A DNA stretch of 64,000 nt from Mobula hypostoma (Eukaryota): contig NC_086107.1 in the NCBI RefSeq assembly GCF_963921235.1, forward strand, positions 99,510,001-99,574,000, in the 5' to 3' direction. Under the pieces are notes generated by a model. That model was not told the origin of the DNA. It worked only from the letters and a program-made list of their open reading frames with translations, and did not search any database. Positions 11,807 through 24,412 of this stretch are shown in pieces. Position numbers and translations under genes: made by a program. Position 1 is the stretch's first letter, and every line of letters starts with the position of its first letter.

Positions 11807-13292
11807 CAAACAACAGGAATTCTGCAGATGCTGGAAATTCAAGCAACATACATTGGCGCTGCTTCCTGCACGCATGCAGAACTCGTTGACTTTATTAACT
11901 TTGCCTCCAACTTTCACCCTGCCCTCAAGTTTACCTGGTCCATTTCCGACACCTCCCTCCCCTTTCTAGATCTTTCTGTCTCTGTCTCTGGAGACAGCTT
12001 ATCCACTGATGTCTACTATAAGCCTACTGACTCTCACAGCTATCTGGACTATTCCTCTTCTCACCCTGTCTCTTGCAAAAACGCCATCCCCTTCTCGCAA
12101 TTCCTCCGTCTCCGCCGCATCTGCTCTCAGGATGAGGCTTTTCATTCTAGGACGAGGGAGATGTCTTCATTTTTTAAAGAAAGGGGCTTCCCTTCCTCCA
12201 CTATCAACTCTGCTCTTAAACGCATCTCCCCCATTTCACGTACATCTGCTCTCACTCCATCCTCCCACCACCCCACTAGGAATAGGGTTCCCCTGGTCCT
12301 CACCTACCACCCCACCAGCCTCCGGGTCCAACATATTATTCTCCGTAACTTCCGCCACCTCCAACGGGATCCCACCACTAAGCACATCTTTCCCTCCCCC
12401 CACCTCTGCATTCCGCAGGGATCGCTCCCTACACAACTCCCTTGTCCATTCGTCCCCCCCATCCCTCCCCACTGATCTCCCTCCTGGCACTTATCCATGT
12501 AAGCGGAACAAGTGCTACACATGCCCTTGCACTTCCTCCCTTACCACCATTCAGGGCCCCAAACAGTCCTTCCAGGTGAGGCATCACTTCACCTGTGAGT
12601 CGACTGGGGTGATATACTGCGTCCGGTGCTCCCGATGTGGCCTTTTATATATTGGTGAGACCCGACGCAGACTGGGAGACCGCTTTGCTGAACATCTACG
12701 CTCTGTCCGCCAGAGAAAGCAGGATCTCCCAGTGGCCACACATTTTAATTCCACATCCCATTCCCATTCTGACATGTCTATCCACGGCCTCCTCTACTGT
12801 AAAGATGAAGCCACACTCAGGTTGGAGGAACAACACCTTATATTCCGTCTGGGTAGCCTCCAACCTGATGGCATGAACATCGACTTCTCTAACTTCCGCT
12901 AAGTCCCCACCTCCCCCTCGTACCCCATCTGTTACTCATTTTTATGCACACATTCTTTCTCTCACTCTCCTTTTTCTCCCTCTGTCCCTCTGAATATACC
13001 TCTTGCCCATCCTCTGGGTCACCCCCCCCCTTGTCTTTCTTCCCGGACCTCCTGTCCCATGATCCTCTCGTATCCCCTTTTGCCTATCACCTGTCCAGCT
13101 CTCGGCTCTATCGCTCCCCCTCCTGTCTTCTCCTATCATTTTGCATCTCCCCCTCCCCCTCCAGCTTTCAAATCCCTTACTCACTCTTCCTTCAGTTAGT
13201 CCTGACGAAGGGTCTCGGCCTGAAACGTCGACTGCGCCTCTTCCTATAGATGCTGCTTGGCCTGCTGCGTTCACCAGCAACTTTGATGTATG
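11807..13292 (+). mobile_element. Penelope-like insertion (RT C-term + GIY-YIG + pLTR) with short inverted terminal arm, in the last DDX59 intron
   Basis: ORFs 11828..12475 and 12009..12902 (one frameshift); TSD TGGCCATCTAAACT at 11793-11806 and 13293-13306; inserted into a CR1 3' fragment. Confidence 0.93.
13193..13234 (+). ncRNA. Minimal type I hammerhead ribozyme (Penelope pLTR)
   Basis: AGTC-CUGACGA-[AGG..CCU stem II]-GAAAC-GUC|GACU; intact core; palindromic ACGU stem III; predicted cut after 13229. Confidence 0.8.
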
Positions 13293-13306
13293 TGGCCATC
13301 TAAACT

Positions 13307-14020
13307 GTTCCTTTCTGCCTACACAATGTCCATAACCCTTCCATATCCCTCACATTCTTGTGCCTATCCAAATTAAGAGTTCCAAATGTATCTGCCTCTC
13401 CCACCACACCAGACAGCACATTCTAGCTAGAATAAGTCCCTTCAACCACTACCCTCAATAGGTAAGCTAGTTCTGAATCCAGACGGTCATCGTGCCCTGA
13501 ATCCCAAGCATCTTAATCTTCTGGATGAGCTTCCCATGATCGACCTTGTCAAATGCCTTCCTTAAATGCATGTAGACAACATCTAGAGCTCTACCTTCAT
13601 AAATCACCAGTGTCATGTTCTCAAAAAAACTCAATCAAGTTAGTAAGACACAACTCACCTTACACAAAGCTGTGATGGTTCTCCCTAATTAGGCCATGGT
13701 TTTCCAAATGCTCATAAATCCTATCCCTAAGAATTCTCTCCAATTACTTCCTTATCACTGACATTAGACTCACTGGTCTATAGCTACAGGATTATCCCTG
13801 GTTCCTTTCTTGAATAATGCAACATTAGCTACTTGCCAGTCATCTGGGACCTCGCCTGTGGCTAGAGAGGACATGAAGACATTGATCAAAACCCCAGTAA
13901 TCTTATCTCTTGCCTCTCTCAATAACATGGGGTATATTCCATCAGCCACAGGGTACTTATCCACCTTAATTCTCTATAAGAGACCCAAAACTATCTCCTC
14001 CTTTACCCTAATCTCATGTA
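13307..14020 (-). mobile_element. CR1 LINE fragment (its 3' tail continues at ~11715-11806, split by the Penelope insertion)
   Basis: DGIYPMLLRE...GEVPDDWQVANV..FKKG motif in ORF 13770..13964. Confidence 0.75.
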
Positions 14021-14205
14021 TTTAAATAGCCTCATCAACTTGTCTTGCTGCCTTGAGAGTTCTGTATGTTAATTATTTCATGTTAGACTAAGAGGGGAAA
14101 GATATTTGAAGGACACAGCCACAGGGATATTGGAAGTGCTGCAACATAGTTTCGGTGTGTACTTACTAGAGCTCTAATACAAGTTGTACATACTTGTTAT
14201 TGCAG

Positions 14206-14475
14206 GTGGGGAGAGCAGGTCGTTTGGGCCACAGAGGAACGGCCATCACCTTTGTGAATAACAACAGCAGCAGGCACTTCCTGGAGTTGGTGAAGAGGGT
14301 GAAGCCAACAGGTACGCTGCTGCCCCCACAGCTCCTCAACTCTCCGTACCTGATTGAGCAGCAGCGTAGAGAGCAGCAGAAGAACAAGCAACGAGCGCAG
14401 CAAGACTTGGTGACTGGGGACAGTTTGATTGACATCATAAGGAAGCACGACCGCAGTGTGCAACAGAAGCGATAG
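14206..14475 (+). CDS. DDX59: DDX59 terminal coding exon (VGRAGRLG...[13 protein letters not shown])
   Basis: ttgcag|GTG acceptor; completes motif VI (HQ|VGRAGR); C-terminus [10 protein letters not shown]...[16 protein letters not shown] is typical of DDX59; TAG at 14473-14475. Confidence 0.95.
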   Translation: MGRAGRLGHRGTAITFVNNNSSRHFLELVKRVKPTGTLLPPQLLNSPYLIEQQRREQQKNKQRAQQDLVTGDSLIDIIRKHDRSVQQKR

Positions 14476-15080
14476 CCCAGGGATCTTGATGAGACTGCTG
14501 GCCCTGATTAACACCACCTATCCATGCTGGATGTTATTTGCACAGGACTCCTTCCTTGGCCTAGGTGTTAGAGTCAGGTTGTGTTCACACAGAGGATGGG
14601 GGTGAATGGGACGAGAAACTCATTATACAAGCTGGATAGAGATGGCTGAATGTAATTCAGTGCTGCTTTAAGAATGTGAACTTGTCTAATAGTGTTCTAT
14701 CTGTTTAAATGGGCTAAAATCTGAAGGATTATGTAAGTTCTACCAGATGAGTCTGTGCATGTGCAGCATTTGAGCCTGTCTGACAGTTTAGGCTATAGTC
14801 CTCCTCCTCCTTGGATTCTTGGAGGTAAAAGGTTCAATACCTTCTATCACTGGTATATGTTGTAAAACTTGTCATTTTGCAGCAGCAGTACATTGCAATA
14901 CATAATTAAAAACTATAAATTACAATAAGTATAAATTTTAAAAATTAAATTAATTAAGTAGACCAACTCAAAGCAGTCCTGTAAGCACTCCTCCACCTCC
15001 CTCAACCATACCTTCTTGGTCCTCACAACTGATACTGCACCTTTAGATTCTGCTTATACACTAAATGTGAAGTACAGCCA

Positions 15081-15988
15081 GATAAGAACATAAGAAATAG
15101 GAGCAGGAGTCGGCCATCTGGCCCATTGAGCCTTCTCTGCCATTCAATAAAATCATGGCTGATCTGACCATAGACTTATCTCCACCTACTTGCCTTTTCC
15201 CCATAACCCTTAATTCCCCTACTATGCAAAAGTCTATCCAACCTTGTCTTAAATATATTTACTGAGGCAGCCTCCACTGCTTCACTGGGCAGAGAATTCC
15301 ACAGATTCACCACTCTCCGGGAAAAGCAGTTCCTCTTCATTTCCATTCTAAATTTACTCCCAGAGTCTTCAGGCTAAGTCCCCTAATTCTAGTCTCACCT
15401 ACCAGTGGAAACAAATTTCCTGCCTCTATCTTCTCTATCCCTTTCATAATTTTATGTTTCTATAAGATCTCTCATTCTTCTGAATTCCAGCGAGTACAGT
15501 CCCAGGCGACTCAATCTCTCCTCATAGTCTAGCCCCGTCATCTCTGGAATCAGCCTGGTGAACCTCCTCTGCCAGTATATCCTTCCTCAAATAAGGAGAC
15601 CAGACTGCATGCAGTACTCCAGATACAGCCTCACCAGTACCCTGTACAGTTGCAGCATAACCTCCCTGCTCTTAATTCAATCCCTCTAGCAATGAAGGCC
15701 AACATTCCATTTGGCTTCTTGATAGCCTGCTGCACCTGCAAACCAACCCTTTGTAATCCATGCACAAGCACTCGCAAGTCCTTCTGCACAGCAACATGAT
15801 GCAATCTTACTATTTAAATAATAATCTGATCTTCCATTTTCCCTTCCAAAGTGAATGACCTTGCATTTACCAACATTGTTCTCCGTCTGCCAGACCCTTG
15901 CCCCTCACTTAACCTATCTATAATCTCTCTGCAGACTCTCTGTATCCTCTGCACTTTGTTTCCCCACTCAATTTAGTGTCATCAGCAC
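15081..15988 (-). mobile_element. CR1 LINE 3' fragment
   Basis: aagaacataagaaataggagcaggagt tail and degenerate RT C-terminal sequence. Confidence 0.8.
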
Positions 15989-16009
15989 TAAGTGATTGGA
16001 CTTTTCAAA

Positions 16010-16800
16010 ATATGGTCATGAAATGGCATAAGTGTTCTTGGTATGACAGTGGTCAAGTGTGTTAGCTCCTCTGGTTCCATAGGTGATACATTGGTGGTAG
16101 TTGTTCAGAGATTTCTTTAAGCTGGCCTGCTTGAAATCTCCCGCAATGATAGGGAAGGCATCAGGGTGTGCAGTTTCGTGCCTGCTGATTTCATTGCTCA
16201 ATTCTTCCAGTACCTGCCTGACGTTGGCCTGAGGCGGAATATACACTGCTACCAGGACAATGGTGGATAAAATGGATGACATTTGACCATTAGATGTTCC
16301 AGGTTCAGTGAGCAGAACTGTCACATTTGTCTACCACAATGAATTAATCATAAAGCTTACTCTACCTACTTATTTAAAAGACTCGGCTGTCCTGTCATTG
16401 TGGAGAATCTTGAAGCCATCGAGCTGCAGTGCTGCATCCAAAATGGTGGGGGATAGTCATGTTTCTGTGAAGCAAAGTGCACAGCAGTTCCTGATATCCC
16501 TTGGTACAGCAATCTTGCTCTGAGGTCTTAAATTTTATTTTCCAGAGACCTTACATTCTCCAACAGAATAGTTGGCAGTGGGGTCTAAAGCCTCTGCGTT
16601 TAAATCATACTTGCAGATGAGTCTGGTGTTCAAAGTTTGTCAATTTTTTTTGAGTATCAATATATATTTTTTAAGCATCTTAAAACAATGCTAATTACTG
16701 AATCTCCGTGGCTGTGACTGTGGCTTTCAGATGTAGTTGTCCGAAATGGGAATACTTGATGATTCCCCTCAGCACTGCACACAAAAAGTCAACTCTGAAG
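16010..16800 (-). mobile_element. Rex1-like LINE APE-endonuclease fragment
   Basis: AVYIPP...IIAGDF...TRGANTLDHC in ORF 16016..16324. Confidence 0.7.
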
Positions 16801-17721
16801 TGCCTAATGATATATTAACATTCACGCCTTGCTGATATATAATGTGCAATGTGTCTCCTGTTGAACAGTGTGTCATAGCACTGGTTCTATTTCTCCAACT
16901 TTACATTTTGTGGATCTCTAGACATTGAAAATCATTTACTTAATTAGGAGGTTCTATGCTGAGGGTGAGATTGTATCCGTCAGCAACTGGTCAAAATACA
17001 GTAGCTCAGTAATTACACTGAGACATAGAGCCACATAGATTGTTGACAAATGACACCTGCATCATCATCCTCACTTCAAAGTTCAAATTTATTATCAAAG
17101 TAAGTATGCCATTTACAACCTTAAGATTCGTCTTCTTGCAGGCAGCCACAAAGAAACACGATAGAATCCATGGAAAAAAATCACACCACAACAAAAACAA
17201 CCAATATGCAAAAGAGAAACTGTGTAAACAATAAAAAAGTAATCAAATACAGTAATACATAAACATGAGCTGCACAGTTCCTGAAAGCAAGCCACTGCTG
17301 TGGATTCAGTTCAGTGCTAAGGTGAGTGAAGTCGTCCCAGAAGCACGATGGCAACAACTGCTCCCAAATCGGGCGGCATGGGATCAAGACTCTACCTCCT
17401 GTCTGATGTTAGTAGCAAGAAGAGAGAGAGATGTGTCAAATGCAGACAGATGGCACTTAGATTTAGACGCTTTAATCTGGTTTGACGTCTAATCAGCATG
17501 GAGTAATGGAGCTGAACACCGGTTTGTTTTCTGCTCTTGAGCCTCAACACAGTGATTCCCCGCACCCCCACCCCAAGTGATGGCCGTACCTGCATTCTCG
17601 AGAGTAAAGTTCACCAAATCCTTCAGGAGATTGTAAAATAGCTAGTTTGTTGGTTCAAAAATACATTTCTTAAAGGGAAATTACAGGCTGTGGATTACAG
17701 TAATCATATTTCAGAAGATGT

Positions 17722-18602
17722 ACATAAACAATAGGTGCAGGAGTAGGCCATTCACTGTGATCATGGCTGATCATCCACTATCAGTATCCAGTTCCTGCCT
17801 TATCCCCATAACCTTTGATTCCACTATCTTTAAGAGCTCTATCCATCTCTTTTTTGAAAGCATCCAGAGACTTGGCCTCCACAGTCTTCTGGGGCAGAGC
17901 ATTCCATATATCCACCACTCTCTGGGTGAAAAAGTTGTTCCTCAACTCCATTCTAAATGGCCTACCCCTAATTCTTAAACTGTGGCCTCTGGTTCTTGAC
18001 TCACCCATCAGTGGGAACTTGCTTCCTGCCTGCAGCGTGTCCAATCCCTTAATAATCTCATATGTTTCAATAAGATCCCCTCTCAGCCTTCTAAATTCAA
18101 GAGTATACAAGCCCAGTCACTCCAATCTTTCGACATATGACAGTCCCGCCATCCCGGGAATTAACCTTGTGAACCTACGCTGCACTCCCTCAATAGCAAG
18201 AATGTCCTTCCTCAAATTTGGAGACCAAAACTGCACACAGTACTCCAGGTGTGGTCTCACCAGGGCCTTGTACAGCTGCAGAAGGACCTCTTTGCTCTTA
18301 TACTCAATTCCCCTTGTTATGAAGGCCAGCGTGCCATTAGCTTTTTTCACTGCCTGCTGTACTTGCATACTTGCTTTCAGTGACTGATGTACAAGAACAC
18401 CTAGATCTCGTTGTGCTTCCCCTTTTCCTAACTTGACTCCGTTTAGATAATAATCTGCCTTCCCATTCTTACCACCAAAGTGGATAACCTCACATTTATC
18501 CACATTAAACCGCATCTGCCATGCATCTGCCCACTCACCCAGCCTGTCCAAGTCACCCTGCGTTCTCACAACATCCTTCTCACATTTCACACTGCCTCCC
18601 AT
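17722..18602 (-). mobile_element. CR1 LINE 3' fragment (RT C-terminus)
   Basis: WADAWQMRFNVDKC, RDLGV, LVRPHLEYCVQFWSP, RRLRGDLIE, FFTQRVV. Confidence 0.92.
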
Positions 18603-18630
18603 CTAGTAGTTCTGGGAGCTGCCTACAAAT

Positions 18631-18925
18631 CATCGTCGTCGTGACTATCCTTCGAGGTCGAGGATGATGGTCTTCGTTCTGTTGATCTACTTATGGGCTC
18701 TCAAGTGGTTTATGAGTCCAATCTTGGCTTTGAAAGTTCTTCCGCATTCAGGACAGGTCGTTCCAGATGGCAGATCGGGCTTTGGTTGTTGCTCCCTCTC
18801 TTTCCATTTTCTTCTAATTCTGCACATCTGTTGGCTTCGAAAGTTGCTGCAGCCTACAAAATGCTGCCGTATGTCATGAGCAGAATCTTGGAATTTCCTT
18901 TTTCCATCTGCCCATTCAGGCACTC
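18631..18925 (-). mobile_element. RTE-type LINE 3' end
   Basis: C-terminal zinc finger CPECGRTFKAKIGLINHLRAH; (GAC/GAT)n tail. Confidence 0.75.
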
Positions 18926-20747
18926 TTTAAAGATTAACTTCATTTGTCACATGTACAGTGTATCAAAACATACAGTGAAATGCATCATTTTGCATCAGGT
19001 CAAATCAGCGAAGATTGTGCTGGCAGCCTGCAAGTGTCATCATGTTCTGCTGCCAACATGGCATGCCCACAACTCACTAACTCTAAATGTACGTCAGTGG
19101 AATGTGGGGAGGATACCCACGTGGTCATAGGGAGAACGGCAGGAATTGACCCAGATTTTGGAGCTGGCTGCAGTAAAGTGTTGCACTAATCGCTACACTA
19201 CTGCGCCTCTTTGTCCAGCTACCAGTGTATTTAACTTTCTATTGTCCCCTCTGCCTCCATTTCTGTCCTTCTGGTAATATTATTGAAAAGATCTTTCTGG
19301 CTCTTACAAAAGGCAGCACAAGCAGTCCTGTGGAAGTGCTGCAGAATGGTGTAGCAAAACTGTTCAACATGATGCTTATGAAGCAAGGAACATAAAACTA
19401 GGGAACATCTATTTGTCTTTTCACAGATGATGCCTGACCTGAATGTTTCCAACACTTTCCACTTTTGTGACATTTGGTTTGCATCTTTTAATGTAATTAT
19501 CATCTTAAGATGCTTCAGTATGTCATTTGCAGGCAAAATTTGGCACTAAGTTGGAAAAAAACACAATTGCTTTAAAAATGTTAGAAATGATCAGCAGGTC
19601 AGGCCATGTCTGTGAATAGAGACAAAAATACTTTGCAGTAAGTCATTTGGAGAGTTTAGGGCAAGTGATCAAACACTTGGTCATGAAGGTAGGTTTTAAA
19701 AATAGAAGAGTATCCAGGCAGTGAGATTCAGGGATGTCCTCTGCTCATTTCTACCATCAGGAAGAAGGTACAGGTGCCTGAATGCACACATTCAATGATT
19801 TAGGAACAGCTTCTTCCCCTCGGCCATCACATTTCTGAATGGACATTGAACCCATGAACACTACCTCACTACTTTTTTTGCACTACTTGTTTTAATTTAA
19901 CTGTTTTATATAAATATTTTTTGCATGGTACTGCTGCCACAAAAACAACAGATTTCATGACATATGCGACATTTTCCGAGTTTGGGGCTAGGTGTTGAAC
20001 ATGCGGCTCCAGATAAGGCCTGACAAAGGCATCACACAGCTCTTAGCCCTTTGTAATTGAACTCCCTTGACTACTAGCCTTTAGTTACTCTGTACCAGTT
20101 CACCAGCTCTCTGCATACATGTAGACCCCTATAACTCTTTTCCTTCAGTTGCTAAAAAATATTTACAAAATATTCAGGATGAGATGAATGACCCTAAACA
20201 CCTTCCCAAATTGAAATCCATCTACCATTCTGAATCAGGTTTAGTATCATGGATATACTGTATGCCGTGAAATTTGTTGTTCTCTGGAAACAGTACAGGG
20301 CAAGGCATAAAAAGTTGCTATATATTACAATAAAAATTAAATAGTGCATAAGAGTATAGTGAGAATGTGTTCACGAACTGTTCAGAAACCTGATGGCAGA
20401 AGGGAAGACGTTATTCCTAAGATAGTAAGTGTGTGTCTTGAAGCTCCTGTACCACCTCCCTAATGATAGTAATGAGAAGAGGGCATGTCTTGGATGGTGA
20501 GAGTGGTTGATGATGGATACCACCCTATGAAGAACATGGCCACTTACTAAAATCTATCAGTGACCTTAACCGGTTTCCTCTCCCATCTACACTCATGTGC
20601 TTCCTACCTTGATGCAAGTTTGGCTATCCAAATACCTCTTTATTCATCCAGGACAATGATAAATAGGAGACTAATGTCAACCATATTATCTCTGGATAAT
20701 GTGCTACATCCTGTAAATCAAAGTTCAAACATAACTACCACCCAAAA

Positions 20748-21393
20748 GGGAGGGAGGAGAAGATGGCAGCGTAACGCAGCGCGCGCAGCCGTTCTGAAAA
20801 ATATCGTATGTGTTAACTAGGGGGCCATGCACAATCTGGATTTGATGGAGACAGCCGTGAGAAGCACGGAGGAACACCTGGAGAAACTTCTGAAATGCCC
20901 GCTTCGCTGCCACTGCTATTGTGCAATCGAGAATCTCCGGAGGGGAAGGCCCCAAATCCTCCGCTTTGCCTATTGCCTGCTGCTGGGGCCGGGGTCGAAG
21001 CCATCGGCAGAGATGGTGCTTGGTGTCGGAGAGCTGATCGGAGGCTCAGAGTTTTCAGACGGACTCGGAGTCGGACTGTGGTCAAATGTTTCCAGGATGC
21101 TGCATCGGCAAGTTTGCGGCGCTGGAGGTTCACCGTCTGTGTGAGATGATGGAACTTTCGAGAGACTTTGAGACTTTTTACTGTGCCATGGTCTGTTCTT
21201 ATCAAATTACGGAATTGCTTTGCACTGTTGTAACTATATGTTATAATTATGTGGTTTTTGTCAGTTTTTAAGTTGGTTTGTCATGTGTTTCTGTGATATC
21301 ATTCTGGAAAAATATTATATCATTTCTTAATGCATGCATTACTAAATGACAATAAAAGAGGACTGCGTGTCCTCATAATCTAATATAATCTAA
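20748..21393 (+). mobile_element. ~650 bp non-autonomous retroelement (second copy)
   Basis: GAGGAGAAGATGGC head; AATAAA plus (AATCT)n tail; homologous to 6486-7155. Confidence 0.75.
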
Positions 21394-22455
21394 ATGTAAA
21401 ACGTCACAGGAAGTGTACTTTGCCAAATAGATTTTTGGAAATATGATTTTGATTTGATAACAAATATCTCACGAGTCACCTGCTGAGCTCTAGCCTATGA
21501 ACATTCCTTGTATGCCTGAACAGCCCAGTGCCACCGTAGCTCTCACTCCTGATGAAAGAATGGACCACCTAGTTAAAATTAATCCCTGGAAGCAATTTGT
21601 TCTGCTGAACAATGTTAAGTGTTTTGGAAACTGTTTTTCTGCCCACATTACTCTACCTTTTTATGACATTTTGTTTAGTTCTTCTATGTTGTCATTTACC
21701 AAGGAAAAATTCTATAAAAACTTAATCATGTTTTGGCAAATCAGGGGCTAACTGGCCCATGGAGTCTGTGCCAGATAGGAGTAAAGCACCCCAATTTCCT
21801 ATTAACACCCATCTTCTCCCATTCCACAACTAACCTGTTGATGGGAACAACTCTGTCTGTCCTTACTAAATCTGTCATGATTTTCCAAATCTATTCTTAA
21901 TCTTTCCTCTAAAGAGCCCAACCCCAGCTCCTCTAATCTACCCTGTAGTTGAACTCTCCTGTCCCTCGAATCACTCTTATCAAAAACAACTAGTCCATTT
22001 GTCAGCTAGTCTGTAATGAACATCCTCCAACCAGTCTAATCCTCCTGTCTCACTGTCCTGTTTCTGTTGTGCCTGTGATCAGTGTTCTAATTGTTTTCTA
22101 TGCACTACACAAGAGTGGGGGTTGGTGGTCTACAAGACCCTGGTTAGTATTCCCTCAAGCGTCTGATACTTATCCCACTATATTTTTTTGGTCTTTATCT
22201 CATCTCATTTCACCTTCCCAAGTCTGTTGAGGAGCTTTGGGAGTAGGCCTACAGCTTCTCTTATGATTTTAACTATATTCTGCCTCATTCCTCCACACTC
22301 TGCATTGCTCTTGCTTCTGAACTCTTATTTATTAGTCAATTCCCTCACAAGATGGATTTAAATATATTTTAGGTACCACAAGATATTTAATCCTTCAACC
22401 AACAGTACAAAAAATTTTGGAACTTCTCTGTGCAAATTGACTCATTGTTCCTATA

Positions 22456-22604
22456 CACAAGAAATTCTGCAGATGCTGGAAATCCAAAGCAAAACACACA
22501 GAATGCTTAAGAAAATCAGCAGGTCTCGGCCCAAAATGTCAACTGTTTATTCATTTCTGTGGATGCTGCCTGACCTGCTAAGTTCCTCCAATATTTTGTG
22601 TGTG
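22456..22604. mobile_element. Older-subfamily two-arm Penelope pLTR insertion
   Basis: Same layout; TSD TCAYTGTTCCTATA at 22442-22455 and 22605-22618. Confidence 0.75.
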
Positions 22605-24370
22605 TCACTGTTCCTATATTTTGCTTTGAAATGTCCTATGAGCATAGAATATATACTTCTTTAAATCTTCCAAAGATGAGGGAATATTTACAAGAAAGTC
22701 CTTCTATCCCAGGCAAGATTTTAGAAGAACGTCTGCCATTGACTCCATCTGCAGAGTTGACAACCCAATTATTCAAACATTCTTGTCTTTACTTTAGTTG
22801 ATCACATCTTACTCTAATTTAGTTAATTTGAAAAACAACAAAAGCAAAGGATTCCAATTGAACATGTTAAACCCAATTCAATGTGTTCTTCTATAACAGG
22901 GTTCAATGTTATTTTTTTTTTAAACACTCAAATTCATGGTTGCAAAATTTGTAATAGTAGCTTTCTATTACTTGTACAATTGCTGGACAAAGTGCCTCAT
23001 TGCAAAGTATTTCTTTCCCTAAATTCAGAGCTGCAGCTGGATGGTTAAAGGTATGATGTTAGAATTCTGATCCAGGCATTGAGAGACAAAACTATTTAAT
23101 GAGGCAACACTGAATTCCAGTACTGCAACATTTCCTTTAACAAATTAAAGCTGTTCCACTGTAGAGCCATTGATGGCATAAAGAGATCTGTAGATTAGTT
23201 TCATGTGACAGTGATGATATCGCTGCCATTTTATCAAAGAAGACTATTCACCTACAACTATTCATTGCTAATATCATCTATGCCCCAAACTCTGATGGCT
23301 TCTGTTTTCTTGTAACCAAATGACCAATGCAACTACGTTTGTAGATACCACAAAGTAAAGAGGAATGGCAACCTCAGAGCTACAAAACAAAATGCCCTCA
23401 GATAATTGAAGGATCGATGATCTGATTGTAACCTTGACTATATTCCCATCAACCTTCTTGTTTCCATCCCTCTGCAAGGAAGTGAGTTCTTAAACATCAC
23501 AATCCCGAGTGAGAAAATGTTTTGCCTCAGTTCTGTCTTAAATGAGCATCTCCTGTTTTGTTGACCCTAGTTCCAGATTCATACACAAAAGGAAATGCCC
23601 TCTTTCTGTGTCCAACCTGTTGAGACTTGTCAAGAGCAAACATGTTTGAATTAAGTCATCAGCCTTTCTTCTAAACTCCAGCGAAATAAGCATCATCTAT
23701 CTAGCCTTTCCTCATAAGACAATTGCTGATTCTAGTTTCAACACAAGGTGTTGGGGGAATTCAGTGGGTCAGGCAACAACTATGGAGGGAGATGGCAGTC
23801 TATGTCGTGAATTCCTTTAGCATCTTGTGTGATGCTCCAGGTTCCAGCATCTGCAATATTTTGTGTGCCTTTCCAGATGCTAGCCTTGTTAACTTTCTTT
23901 GATCTGCTTTTAACGTACTAATGTTTTTTTCCTTAAACAAGGTATGTTTTATTGCCGATGCCCCATATAACATAAGTACAACCCTTCCTACATCTGTATT
24001 ATTTCCCTTTAAATAATAACATTTGATACCTTTCCTAATATTTGCTGTACCACATATGAGCATTTTACAAAACATGCTATAAACATTGCATAGAATGCCT
24101 GCATATCAGAACTTTTCTTTTTCCCCCACACATTCGTAGTCAAAATAGATACTTCACACTTTATCATTGCCAGCTACATTCTGCATTCCATTTTCTTTTT
24201 GCTAGCTCAATGTATTTATGTATGGCATGATCTGTCTGGATAGCACTCAAAGCTTTTCCATTATCCTGAACGCAAACAACAGGAATTCTGCAGATGCTGG
24301 AAATTCAAGCAACACACATCAAAGTTGCTGGTGAACGCAGCAGGCCAAGCGGCATCTATAGGAAGAGGTG

Positions 24371-24412
24371 CAGTCGACGTTTCAGGCCGAGACCCTTCGT
24401 CAGGACTAACTG
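24371..24412 (-). ncRNA. Minimal type I hammerhead ribozyme (Penelope pLTR)
   Basis: Reverse complement of the same intact motif. Confidence 0.8.

Noticed and set aside
12942-13335. Recurrent short ORFs (MLVNAAGQAAS..., PDEGSRPETST..., MLEIQATH...) in many places
   Set aside because: Translations of the non-coding Penelope pLTR/hammerhead; they recur because of copy number.
14476-15160. DDX59 polyadenylation site
   Set aside because: The ATTAAA/AATAAA hexamers I found lie in repeat-derived or AT-rich sequence; none can be chosen from sequence alone.
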